The notes beneath the pieces are model-generated. The model searched no databases and had not been told where the DNA came from. It saw only the letters and a list, made by a program, of their open reading frames with translations. Positions 49,501 through 64,000 of a DNA stretch of 64,000 bases are shown piece after piece; the stretch's first letter is position 1, and each line of letters begins with the position of its first letter. The DNA is from the human T2T-CHM13v2.0 reference genome, Homo sapiens. A program made the translations under genes and the position numbers. The DNA lies in NCBI RefSeq assembly GCF_009914755.1, contig NC_060933.1, one strand, 5' to 3'.

Positions 49501-51830
49501 CTGATACCCGGGTGGTCCATCTTCTATTCCCCCTCCTCTCTCCCCAACCCCAACACACACACTAACGCTCTCTCACCCTCACATACACACACACACACGC
49601 CCACTCGCTCCCATGCCGGGGCTGTCCACAGCATGCTGACAACCCACAGAAGCCGATCGAGCACCAAGCCAGAGAGTCTTTACTCTGAAATGTCTGTTAA
49701 CTGCAAACTTGCCCTGTGATATGTATCAAGACCACTTTCAATTTGTTTCAATTGATACTTTCTGGGTACCTACTGTGTGCCAGCCCAAGGAGGAGTGGGT
49801 TGAGGTAGGGAGGGAGGATGGACAAGACAAATCCTGCCTTCCAGGAGCTCCCTGCTGAGCGTGTGGCAGAACCTAAATGAAAATTACCCTGGTTTAAGGA
49901 TGGTCAAGGAGCTTGCTCCTCCAATGGCTCTGTGCAGAGCTTTATCACTGAACAGCCTCTTCTCACTCTCCTGCTCCCTTCTGAACTCGCTGTGCCCCTT
50001 GCACAACCCCCATCATGCTTCCAACACACTGAGACACCTTGACCCCCAATCCTGCCCTTCTTGTCAATCTGGCAATTTTTTCTCCACAACTCTAAGGATC
50101 TTGCAGCTCACACCTTTGAGACAACAGACAGCAGCCCCAGACCTGGCGTTGAATGACTAATTGGGTCGAGTGCCAGCCAGGAGGCCTCCTGAATGCCCTG
50201 CACACCTCCTGCCATACTGCAGGGACCATGCTCTGCTACACACCTGGCTCTGTCCCAGTGAGAAACTCCAGAGAGCTCAGACTCCAGGAAGGCAACGACT
50301 ACCTCTGTTCAGAATCATGCAGACCTGCGACCAGGTTTCAGAGCCACTGCCTGGGGTGGTGGGGAGAAGCTCTGGGAGGAGGCAGAGGGCTGAGGGCTTC
50401 ATGACAGGCCTCAAGCCGAGCCAAGGCGCCCTTGCTGTGCGGCGCATGGCGTGTGCTACCACAGGCTCTCGGCCCCGCTGGGCTGGCTTGTGTGTTTTCT
50501 TGGCTCTGGAAGCTGGGAGGCAGGGTTACGTAAGCAGATGAGCAGATGTAAGCTGTCCTCGGCTCCCCCAGCTCAAGCCCCGCCACGTGGGCCTCTCGGC
50601 TGGGAGTCCAGGTCATGGCCTTGCATGTAAGTCGCTCAATAACTTCAATGTGTGAGCTCAATTCAGACAAATTCCACTGCTCCCCTGCCTGGCACAGCAA
50701 ACCCAAACACATACATGCCCCTCCATCAAAGGCCCTGCTAATCTAAGCCAACACCAGCACGGACTCCTGACTGGTTTTCATGCTGGCTGAAGCACTAGTT
50801 CAATCCTTTAGCCTCAGCAAAATAGGCTGAAACATCTAGTCACTGTTTGTCAACTGATTGGCCAGTGGGTCGAAAGAAGCGTTGGCCTGATGCTTTATTG
50901 TGACAATGTTTCACTAGCCCAGGAATGAAATCACAGAAGTAAAGACCATGTAGGTGTTTTTTCATTAAACTAAAGGTAATCAAAGTATAGGAATGCCCTT
51001 TCTTCCAAGATTAAGTGCTTCTTACTCTTTGAATATTAAAATGTCCTTTCTCTTATGAAATCATCATAGATTTTCATGCTGGACTGATTTTTAAAATTTA
51101 ATTTAAAAAAAAATCCTTCCTTGGCAGCCATGGGTCAGGCCTCTAAGTTTGTTTTGAAAATTCTCTGGACAGGAAATCCAAGTATTCAGGAAACATTTGG
51201 GAACACGTGGAACTAGGCAGTGCCTAGAACTCTGTGATTCTGAGAGCTGGGATACTGGAATTTCTTCCTGGGTCTCAGACCTGACAGTACACTGCACAGC
51301 CCCTCTTCACAAATCAGCTCCCCCACCAGTGCTGTTCCACAGGCTCATGTGGATGGGCCGCTTCTCTCTGTACCAATCTTCCAAAGGCCAGGTGCGCACC
51401 GCAAGCTGAGCCAGGCATTACCACCAAATTCCCCAGCTTGAGAAAAGATTTGCTTGCAGCATTCTCGTGAAATCACGGTGCCCCTTGAGGCCCCTTGGGC
51501 TAGAAATGAGAAGCACCATTTACTGTACGTGGCTCACCCGTCATTCTGGGAAGAGCACAAGCTCTCTAAGTCTGCAAGGGCTTCAATCTAACAAATCTAA
51601 CAGCTGCCTGGCCTTAGCTCAAACACCACCCTCCCAGGAAGCCTTCCCAGACCACTCAAGGTTGGTTCTTAAGCATTTCACCCACTTCCCCTAAGCATTC
51701 ACAGCACCACATCCATTCATATTCAAACATGTACCCAGTTAGTATGTATCATGTGCCAGGTGGTATAGGGCATGCAGGGGTTGGTAGGGGAGTGGGCGGC
51801 AGGGTGAGCAAGTAAAGAAGAGGTCTTTGA

Positions 51831-52216
<386 letters not shown>

Positions 52217-52585
52217 CTAAAACTAGCACAGAAGGGGAATCAACTAGGGGACAGGAAGAGAGTCAAGGAAAGCTTTGCAAAGAAGCAGCTCCTCCATCAG
52301 GGCCCCTCAGTTCTCTTGGGAGGATTCATCACAGAGTTGTGTCCACTTGGCTGCCATGCACATGGGAGTACGCCAATAAATCCTAGCTGTGTGGGTGGCG
52401 TGCAGCTATCCTCTCTGCTTCTCTGCCACCTGCACAAGTAACAAAGGTTTCCATAAACCTACAAGAAAACCTGACAGAAGAGCAGGGGATGGAGAGCCAC
52501 CAGAAGGGACTCTCGATTCTCACGTGAAGCATTTTGCACTGTTTCAAAATCTAACTCATGAAGGCTTCGAAGGTGTAGGAAATGA

Positions 52586-52888
<303 letters not shown>

Positions 52889-53355
52889 GGTTTGTTTCTT
52901 AAATCAGATGTTTGTGGTATTTTTCTTTATACCTTTGGTTATATCTTTAAACTTGAACAATAAATATTTTAAAATATGACCCACAGATGGGAAAGGTGAC
53001 CCCCTCCCTATCCCATTCCTAATAAGGAAGTATCTTCCAAAATAAGGATGTCAAAACATACAACTCAGTGACCAGAAAACAGGAATAGTCTATTCTTAAT
53101 GCTGACATGATATGTCTTGGGTACACCACACACAAACACAAGTTCAACACCCCCAACACCCACTGTTCTTTCCACCAACTCACCATCCAAGCCACTATTT
53201 GTTTCTTTCCCTAGGACCTCTTTTTCTTTTTCTTTTTTTTAAGAGACAGTTTCTCGCTCTGTTACCCAGACCAGAGTGCAATGGCATGATTATCGAACTC
53301 CTGGGCTCAAGCAATCCTCTCGCCTCAGCCTCCCGTGAGACTGCAGTGCATGCTA

Positions 53356-53877
<522 letters not shown>

Positions 53878-54129
53878 TCATCTGTGCTCAGAAACAGTCC
53901 TGCCACATGCCTGACCTGCCACACTTGGTAGTTCTTCTAAAACATGACTTAAAAGTGACTTCGTCAGCAATGAACCACTGACTGACCTCAGTGGAACTGC
54001 CATTTCTCATGCCTTACTCTCTCCCTCATTAAAGTCCCACTCAACCTTCAAAGGCCAAGCACTCAAGTTGCTTTCGCAATGCTGGTAGCTTTCTGTCTAT
54101 TGCAGAGGCTTTCATGCTGTGCAGTGCAA

Positions 54130-54290
54130 GAAGAATCATCTGCAGAAGTATGTGAATTTACAGGTTCTTGAGTCCTACTCACCAGATTGATTTGATAAGC
54201 CTGGGGCAGGGGCCCAGGAATCTGCATTTTAACAAGCACTGTAGGTAACTGCAATTTTGATGCAATTCCCTGGACTACATTTTGAGAAAC
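54130..54290. mobile_element. MER5A-like DNA transposon remnant
   Basis: GGGGCCCAGGAATCTGCATTTTAACAAGC. Confidence 0.65.
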
Positions 54291-54489
54291 GCTGGTTTAC
54301 AGGTTCACTTATTAACTACCACTTCCCTCCCACCCTCATGAAGCAATTTAAGAATGAGGTCAAGAAAAACAACTTACACTCAGGAACTACTGTGTATTTT
54401 CCTCTCTGAAAATGTGTAACATGTTTTGCTTCCAGCTTTTGCAAATGGTCAAATATAATAACTACGTTGGGACCCATGGTTTGAATATC

Positions 54490-55146
54490 TTTTTTTTTTT
54501 TTTTTAAACTGGGTCTTGCTCTGTAGCCCAGGCTGAATTGCAGTGGTGCCAGCTCACTGCAGCCTCAAACTGCTGGGCCCAAGCGATCCTCCTGGGCTGT
54601 GGTCTCGGCCTCCTGAGTAGCTGGGATCACAGTCACGAGCCACACAGCTCAGCTAATTTTTAAATTTTTTGTAGAGATAAGGTCTCACCTGAGATGTTGC
54701 CAGGCAAGTCTCAAGCTCCTGGTCTCAAGAGATTTTCCTGTCTTGGCCTCCCAAAGTGTTGGGATTACAGGCATGAGCCACTGTGCCTGACTAAATATCT
54801 ACCTTTTCACTCTTCCTCTTAATTTTCTAAGTTCCATTTTCTCTTTATTTATTTATTTTTGAGGAGGAGTCTCACTCTGTCGCCCAGGCTGGAGTGCAGT
54901 GGTGCGATCTCAGCTCACTGCAACCTCCGCCTCCCAGGTTTCAAGCGATTCTCCTGCCTCAGCCTCCCAAGTAGGTGGGACTACAGGCATGTGCCACCAC
55001 ACCCAGCTAATTTTTTGTATTTTTAGTAGAGCCGGGGTTTCACCATGTTGGCCAGGCAGGATGGTCTCGATCTCCTGACCTCACGATCCACCCACCTTGG
55101 CCTCCCAAAGTGCTGGGATTACAGGCATGAGCCACCATGCCCAGCC
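54490..55146 (-). mobile_element. AluJ-like (54490-54790) and AluS (54845-55146)
   Basis: Two dimeric Alus. Confidence 0.85.
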
Positions 55147-57294
55147 CATTTTCTCTTTTTCTGATTTTAAATTTATATTGGTCCTTTTTATGGTATATGT
55201 TCTTATAAGCCACCTCAAAAACTTCAGGAAACAGGTAAAGCAACCATTTTTTGGAGTTCAAACCAAATGTCATCCCCTCTTCAGAGCTTTCCCCAGTCCC
55301 CTCTCGGGATCAATCAGTCCCCACTCCATATGCCTGCAAAATCCTTCACAAACCTTGGCTGGAGCCCTGCAGAGATGAGGCACCAGTCGACCTGCCTGCT
55401 TCCTCCCTTAGAATCTTGATGGCAGGGATTGTGTCCCATTCCTTTCTATGCTGGGACAGTTCCTGGCAGCAAGAGCAGCAATCATGTATTGACCCACACT
55501 GCACTTGTTCAACTAAGAGGTGAGAAGCTGAGCTCACAGAGCTGGGAGCCATCTTGCCTTTGATGTTTTAGAATCTAAGATTTTAGTCTTAAATTACAGT
55601 TAAGATCAAGATGGGGCAAAAACACTCTCATTTCTGCCAGACGAGGTCTTCACAGCAAGCCTAGGTGGCCAAGTGGGAAGCTGGACCAACTGGGCAAAGT
55701 TGCGCCAGTTGCTCATCCATTCATCTGTGCTCAGAAACAGTCTGCCACATGAGGCCTTTTGTTTCTAGGTTTAGCACCTGATTCATGAGCTACAGCCACC
55801 ACCCCCCAACCCCTCCAGCACCCCATCAATTTTAAAATAAGTTTTCTCCAGGCTCTAGGCCTAGCATCTGACACTTTGTGGCAACGGATGGCCTAACCTC
55901 CTAATAAAAATGGTGCATTTTCTTGGCTAAGCCTCACATAGCCACACCAAACAGGCTCTTCACCAAATGTCACTATTTCCTTGAGAGAATAATCCCAAAG
56001 CTCAAAGTTTTACATGGGTCACAAAATCACCAGAAAAACCTCAGGTGGTCACTCAGCCCAGGATGCTCTCGCCAAGGGTATCAAGGCCTAAATCTAAGGA
56101 AACAGCACCATGATCAGATTCTGCCACCTCAAAGGGCCAGGATCCACCTCGAACCAGACCCTAGAGAATCCTGGCAGACAAGGGCCAATAGAGCTGTGGG
56201 AATTATGTGTTGGCCCCATGGTTACACAGGAAAGAAACTGAAGGCCATACAGGAAGACAAGACTTCCTCAAGAACACCCTTGGATTGGCAAAAAAGCTGT
56301 CCTAACTTCCCCTTAAATAATCTTCCAGGGTTCTGATATTCCTGGATGCATCCACACAGTGGATAGCAAATCACAGCACACGTGCCTTTACTGTCCCTGC
56401 GCTGTACCCACGGGGATTCTGTCTCAGAATCTTTTCCAATTTAGGGGCCAGGGGGGCCTTCAACTGATGGAGGTGGCATAAAAGTGAATCTTATTTGACA
56501 TCACTGAACTAAACCATTCTCAAGCATTAATTCTATACCATATGTGGTCACAGATCCCCAATTCTGTGGGGCAGTAGAAGCAAGGAGAGGACATGGGGAA
56601 ACCTCTGGGAGACCCCAGAACAGGCAGCATGACAGTTCCACTTCTGTCCAGTGGGGAAGCCACAGAAATGCAAAGCCTTGGGGTCAAGAAAGAGTGACTG
56701 GGGGTCACAAGCTTTTAAAGCCCAGTAAACAAGCTCCCAAGTAGTGTTTGGTCTCTGGAGGAAAAATTCCCAAGAGGAATTTCTGCTTTCTTTGGTCCTC
56801 ACTCAAGGGCAGATTCCTCCTTCTCACTCCTTCCGCTGGAATTTCTGGAAAGTGTGGAAACTGTGCCTGCCCACAGATATCACTACCAGGGAAAGGTTCT
56901 GAGGCCTACTTGCCTATAAACTCCATATTAGCCCCAGGAAGATCTTGCTGTATATCTGTCCTTTTAGAACTAGAGCGCTTCCAGAAGGGATGATTTCAGC
57001 TTCTAAGAAAGGATTAGAATGGTCTAGGCATCTGGCATTTTATTTTAAGACTTTCACCTCCAGGCTGGGGCAGCCACCTGTGTCCTCTGGGCTCTCCTCT
57101 CAATCTGGAGCCAGTCACTGACAAGTAGCCCAGGAAGAACTCCAGAGTCACACTTACCACTACTCCCTCCAGGGTCCCATGCCTCACTGCCAAGTCAGGA
57201 TGCTGGTGAGGATGCTTCGCTTTGCACCTCCTTAGGCCATTTGTTAGAAGAGATTTAGACATTTGACACACAGTCTACAGGAACTAAATGCAAT

Positions 57295-58153
57295 TTTCTT
57301 TCTTTTCTTTTTTTTTTTTTGAGACAGAGTCTCACTCTGTCACTCAGGCTGGAGTGCAGTGGTGCAATTTCAGCTCACTGCAGCCTCTGCCTCCTGGGTT
57401 CAAGTGATTCTCTTGCCTCAGCCTACTGAGTACCTGGGAATATAGGTGCATGTCACCACACACCACATCCAGCTAATTTTTGTATTTTTAGTAAAGACGG
57501 GGTTTCGCCATGTTGGCCAGGCTGGTCTTGAACTCCTGACCTCAGGTGATCCACCCGCCTCAGCCTCCCAAAGTGCTGGGATTACAGGCGAGAGCCACCA
57601 CACCTGGCCCCCAAATGCAATTTTCAAGGGAAGGCAACACAGTAGGAAGGAATCACAGGAGGAAGGAATTACAGCCTAGGTTTCAAATCACTCCTCCACC
57701 TCTAAAAAGCTACAGTCAAGTTTTATAACCTCTCTAAACTTTGTTGGTGACAGCACAGTTCCTAACACACACTAGGCCTATGACATACATTTGCTGAATA
57801 CAAGAATAATATTTGTATGTAGACCTCACACTCTAAGAGGAAGACAAGTCATTCTTTTTTTTTTTTTTTTTCCCCCTGAGATGGAGTTTCTCCATCACCC
57901 AGTCTGGAGTGCAATGTGCCATCCCGGCTTACTGCAACCTCCCCCTCAGGTTCAAGTGATTCTCCCGCCTCAGCCTCCCAAGTAGCTGGGATTACAGGCA
58001 CCTGCCACCACGCCCAGCTGATTTTTGTATTTTCATAGAGACAGGGTTTCACCGTGTTGGCCGGGCTGGTCTTGAACTTCTGACCTCAGGTGATCTGCCC
58101 ACCTCGGCCTCCCAGAATGCTGGGATTACAGGCATGAGCCCCCATGCCCGGCC
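57295..58153 (-). mobile_element. Two AluS elements (57295-57608; 57855-58153)
   Basis: Dimeric Alus. Confidence 0.88.
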
Positions 58154-58346
58154 AAGTCATTCTTGATAGAGAGAATTCAGTAGAGGATAAGGTGTCATAA
58201 AAAGAGACTGTTTACTGAGGAGAGTCAGCAGAGTTCAACTATACCAGCATACCTAACATATGGAAGAACAAAGGGCATTAACACAGTTACAGAAAAAGAA
58301 GAGTGCTGGTGAGAGACTGCACAAAACAATGGGAAAAATAGTTTTA

Positions 58347-58650
<304 letters not shown>

Positions 58651-58679
58651 AATTGTAAATAAATAAGTAAATAACAGAT

Positions 58680-60868
58680 TCAGAAGATATCTGCAATGTC
58701 TGAGACCAGGAAGGGATTAATATCTAGGATGTATAAGGAATTCCTGCATATCTTCAAGAAAAATATAAGAACTCCAGTGAAAAACAGGCAAAGGATTATA
58801 ATGAATAAGCAATTTACCTAAGAGGAATCCCAAAGACCATCAGGCATATGAAGAAATGCTCCAGCTCATTGGTAATCAGAGAAAAACAAGTTAAAACAAA
58901 GAGTTATCCTAGCACATCTATTAGTTTGGCAAAAAATAGGAAGCTGGTTAATGCTGATTATTCACGGAGACACAGAGCCTGTCATGCTCTGCTGGTGGAA
59001 ATGTAAACTGAGGCAGCCATTCTGGAGCTGTGTCTGGCACCCCTGAATCAACATAAACATGCTCACACGTTGCCCATAAAGGAAACGTTTAAGGATTTTC
59101 CTCACAGCAATATTTGTGAAGGTAATGCTGGAGGCAGTCCAGGAGTCCCTCATTACAGAAAGGAAAAAGAAACACTGGGATGGATGACAATCATGAGGTA
59201 TTATTCAGCAGTTAGAATCAACATGCTGGACATATACACGGCAACGTGGATGGACCTTAAAAACAAAGGTGCACACTTGGCACTGATTCTTGTTTTCTAA
59301 TTATGATTCTCTACTAAAAGGAACTAGAGCTCATTGGAGAAGTGACTGACTCTAGGGCTGAGTTGGGGAAAGAACAAGAGGACCATGGAACTTCTTGCTG
59401 TGCCTAAAAGTAAAAAAAAAAAAAAAAAAAATGCTCAAAGAGTAACAGGATATGTCAAAAGAAAACAGGAACCAGGAACCTCTAAAGAGGAATCCCAAAG
59501 ACCATTCCCCTGAAGGGGATCTTATTGGCTAAATCTGGGATAGTCTGAACATCAGAATACATAATGATAGTAAAGGATTATGATTTAATGAAGTAAGAAT
59601 GCATAGGTCTGCATTAATATATGAATTAATTAATAGGGAAAAAGGGTAAGCTCTTCCTTATAGAAGAATGCCAAAATTAACAAACATAGAAGGAATAATG
59701 GAATTAGAAAACCATCAACTACCATAATAACTGATTCAGGCAAGAATCATTTGTAGATGCTAAAACCCAGTGGATATCAAGAAAACGATGAAAGGTAAGA
59801 AAAAAAATTTAAAAAAAGAAAGTGGATGAAAGTTTGAGGAGTAACAGGACAAGTATATGCCCATAAGATACTTAAAAATTTTTTTTATTTATTTACTTTT
59901 TTTTTTTGAGACAGAGTCTCACTCTGTCACCCTGGCTAGAGTGCAGTGGCGTGATTTCAGCTCACTGCAACCTCCGCCTCCCAGGCTCAAGCAAGCCTTG
60001 TGCCTCAGCCTCCTGAGTAGCTGGAACTACAAATGCGCCACCACGCCAGGCTAATTTTTTGTATTTTTTATAGAGATGGCGTTTCACCATGTTATGTTGG
60101 CTAGGATGGTTTCAAACTTCTGACCTCAAGCAATTTGCCCGCCTCAGCCTCCTAAAGTGCTGGGATTACAGACATGAGCTACTACGCCCGGCCAGATAGT
60201 TTTAATTTAAAATGGTAAAATAGTAACTATAATGGAGTAATGCCAAATGCCACTACAATGAAATCCTCAAGGTTCACACTGCCAATAAGGAACAAACTGA
60301 CAGTGTGTGTCTCTAGATCTCGTTACACTGAGAAGAACTCAGCATCATTTCAGTGGTATTCCTGTCAAAAGTGAATAACCTGAATCTGATCAGGAGGAAA
60401 CATCAGACAGACCTAAACTGAGAGACCTTCTACAAAATAACTGGCCTGTACTCTTCAACAATGTCACTGTCATGAAATCCAAAGGGCTTGGGAATTATTT
60501 CAGATTACAAGACACTAAGAGACATGACAACTGAATACAACACATGGTTTTCTTCTACCATCAAGGCTATTATTGGGGCACCTGACAAAGTCTTCCTAAG
60601 GCCTGTAGATGACATAGCAGAAATGTTTCAATGTTGATGTCCTGATTGTTAATTATACTATGTTTATATATATATTTTTAAATCACCTTGTTGTTAGGAA
60701 ATATACACTGAATATTTAAGGGTAAAAGGAGATATATATAGATATAGATATAGATATATACACACATACACACACACACATATATATACACACACACATA
60801 TATATGAGAGAGAGAGATCTAGATACATCTATCTAAAATTATATTAATATCTATCTATCTACAGGTAG

Positions 60869-60908
<40 letters not shown>

Positions 60909-61400
60909 CGAGAGAGAGAGAGAGAGAGAAGGAAAAAGTAAATATAGTAAAATGTTAACATTTAGGGACTCCAAAGGATATCCAGGAATTCTTTGTATTA
61001 GTCTAACAACTTTTCTGTAAGTCTGAAGTTATGTCAAACTTTTTAAAAATAAAAAAAAAAAAACAGAACTGGATGAAAAACATATAATCAAAATGAGCTA
61101 TAAAATGCCATTTACATATGTTTAAAAAAATGTATATATACTGTGTGACTCCATTTATGTGACATCCTCAAAAAGACAAAACAATAGTAATGAAGAATAG
61201 ATCAGTGGTTGCCTGGGATTAAGGGTGGGAGGAGAATGTGACTACAAGAGGGATTTTTTTGGGGTGATGGAACTGTTCTGTATCCTGATTGTGGTGGTAG
61301 ATACACAAAAATATGTATGTGTTAAAATTTATAGACTATATGCCAAAAAGCCAATTTTATTGTAGGTTAATCTAAAAAAATTTTTTTTAAAGTTAAGAAT
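58680..61400 (+). mobile_element. Old L1M (L1ME/MC/MD-like) 3' fragments with an Alu (59880-60193, minus)
   Basis: AACCTGAATCTGATCAGGAGGAAACATCAGACAGACC; AGATCAGTGGTTGCCTGGG..GGGTGATGGAACTGTTCTGTATCCTGATTGTGGTGGT. Confidence 0.75.
60730..60928. repeat. Compound (TA)/(CA)/(GA) microsatellites
   Basis: (AC)n at 60871-60905 followed by (GA)n. Confidence 0.9.
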
Positions 61401-62671
61401 ACATCTATGTATAAAGCAGTGGCTTCCATTTTGGCAAGAGCAAAAACAGATACACAAACTATAAATACGTTAGAATAGTTGCCTATGATATACCTGGGAA
61501 ATAGAAGTGGGAATGAGGACAAAATAAAACAAATACATGAGGCAAGAGAGTCCATGAGTAGACCCCAATGATGATTATTGGCCATGAAAGGAAGCTTGAT
61601 GGCTGGATGGAAAGAAGGAAGGAAGGAAATAAGTAAGGGAGAGATGGCGGATGGAGCTGGATGTGTCCTTCCAGGGCTGTACAAAGGAGGGGGACCCCAA
61701 CCCCTAGTCCAGACAAAGGTCCCTAAGGCAGGTGTACAGTATTGTGGGGATGAATTCATCAGCCACGAGAGACTGACCCATCTAATGTTAAATTCACTTC
61801 CCTGCTCTGACTGCTGACTCACCAGCAGTTAGCTTATCCTGCGGCTTCCCTTGCAGTGAATTCAGCCAGAGATTTCTAAGCTACTCAATAACAGTTCTAA
61901 TCTTCCCAGTAAAGCTGCAACTTTGCATTCCAGTATGTAAGTAAGTCTCCTGGGAGTTTTATTACTGAGTCAGCTGCCCCTCTAATCAGTTTTGGAGCCC
62001 CAGCAGATTTTCTGGAGCTGCGGTGCTGACTACGAGCACATCCTTCTCTCTCCACCTAGAACCAGACCTTGGACTGTGGAGGGCCCACTACTCCTATGGG
62101 CCATCTGGGCACTCAGCCAGCCAAGTACTCCTGGCAATATCTCTCTGGTGTCAGGACTACTTTAAATGTAGCCAGCTCCAATTTCCTTCTCTAAGGAGTG
62201 GGGATAATTATGCCTTCCTTTCAGATGTAAGTGAAATAATACATATACATACTTATCGCATGTTCTTATTGAGCTAATAGATGTTCAATAAATGTTACTT
62301 TCCCTTCTCCCCTGACTCCTTAGAACTTCAGAGCTTACAAATTACTACAGCTCTATCAGCACACATGGCTAAATTTTCACATTTCTACTCTTAGCCACTA
62401 GAATCACTGATAGATTTGGAGGAAAACTCTGGGACCTTAAAGGGTCCCTGGAGTATTACATAAAGCTTCTTGCAGCATGAGAGTTGAACAGAAATTCTGT
62501 TCATCTTTTGCTGTCGAAGCCAAGTTGGTGGCTTCTAAAGAACCAACTTAGAAGAAAACTCAGGAGAAAAATTTTATCATTTTGGGATGGTGAAGACCTG
62601 CTTAAGTATGAAAGCAACCTGAAGTCATAAAGGAAAACATAGATTTAAACACATAAAAATTCAAAACTTCT

Positions 62672-63004
<333 letters not shown>

Positions 63005-63222
63005 CTACATAGCTAAAGAAACCAGAGATAAAGAAGAGTGACAGATGGAGAGACCATATTTACAAATGATATGTAATAAACAAGAAAAATCCACAATATA
63101 AAAAGCTCCTGCAAACATATTTTTAAAACTAATAGAAAAATGGGTTAAAAGAAAAAGGGTAAAAAAAAATGGGCCAAAAAAAGGGTAAAAAAAAAAAAGG
63201 GTTAAAAAAAAGAAAAAAAAAG

Positions 63223-63665
63223 TCAGCTGGGCACAGTGGCTCACACCTGTAATCCCAGCACTTTGGGAGGCCGAGGCAGGTGAATCACTTGAGGCCAGTT
63301 TGAAACCAGCCTGGCCAACATGGTGAAACCCCATCTCTGCTAAAAATACAAATATTAGCCAGGTGTGGTGGCACACACCTATAGTCCCAGATACTTGGGA
63401 GGCTAAGGTGTGAGAATCACTTGAACCTGGGAGGCGGTGGTTGCAGTGAGCCAAGATCGGACAACTGCACTCCACTCTGGGGGATGGAGTGAGACTCCAC
63501 TTCAAAAAAAAAGAAAAAATACTCACATAAGAAATACAAATGGGCAAGCCAGCCATGGTGGCTCACGCCTATAGTCCCAGCTACTCAGGAGGCTGAGGCA
63601 GGAAGATCATTTGAGCCCAGGAGTTCGAGTCCAGCCTGGGCAACATGGCAAAGACTCCCATCTTG
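63223..63665 (+). mobile_element. AluS (63223-63515) and Alu monomer (~63550-63665) within L1M remnants
   Basis: Alu sequence flanked by degenerate L1 ORF2/3' sequence. Confidence 0.82.
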
Positions 63666-64000
63666 AAAGAAAGGATGAAAAAAGAAAGACAGATGGCCAA
63701 TAAACACGTGAAAATTTGCTTAACTTCATCAGTAATCAGAGAAACATATTAAAACAAGATACTATGTCTGAATATGATACTGGCAAATATATAAAGGTTA
63801 GTAACACCCAGGGCTGGTATGAGTGTGAGGAATAAGCACTCCTATACACTGTTAATGAGAAAAAGCCAGAGGGCAAACTGACAGTATCTATCAAAACGTT
63901 TAAAGAGCATGATCTTTAAATCTCAAATCAGTAACCTAACCTTCTACCTTAAGACACCAGAAAAAGCAAACTTAACCAAAAGCAAGCAGAATGAAAGAAT

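Overview
Human genomic DNA covering the 3' part of B4GALT1 (beta-1,4-galactosyltransferase 1) on the minus strand. Coding exons 2-6 are at 45802-46037, 28989-29176, 24560-24682, 22341-22445 and 22021-22153. A ~2.8 kb 3'UTR ends near 19205, and exon 1 lies beyond the right edge of the window. A likely alternative terminal exon (13340 down to ~12640) uses an acceptor formed from an old L1 3' end. The rest is Alu-, L1-, LTR- and DNA-transposon-rich. The standout feature is a ~2.05 kb SVA_F retrotransposon in intron 2, in the same orientation as the gene, with a poly(A) tail and an 11-bp TSD (TCAATATCCTT). It has lost its CCCTCT hexamer and the start of its Alu-like domain. In their place it carries what I recognise as exon 1 of an unrelated gene, MRPS18A ([37 protein letters not shown]), joined at a splice-type junction to an SVA acceptor. 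This is an exon-trapping 5' transduction analogous to the MAST2-SVA_F1 family. It imports a TISU/YY1 element and a mitochondrial-presequence micro-ORF into a B4GALT1 intron. Gene and repeat names come from my recognition of the sequence, not database searches; repeat boundaries are approximate.
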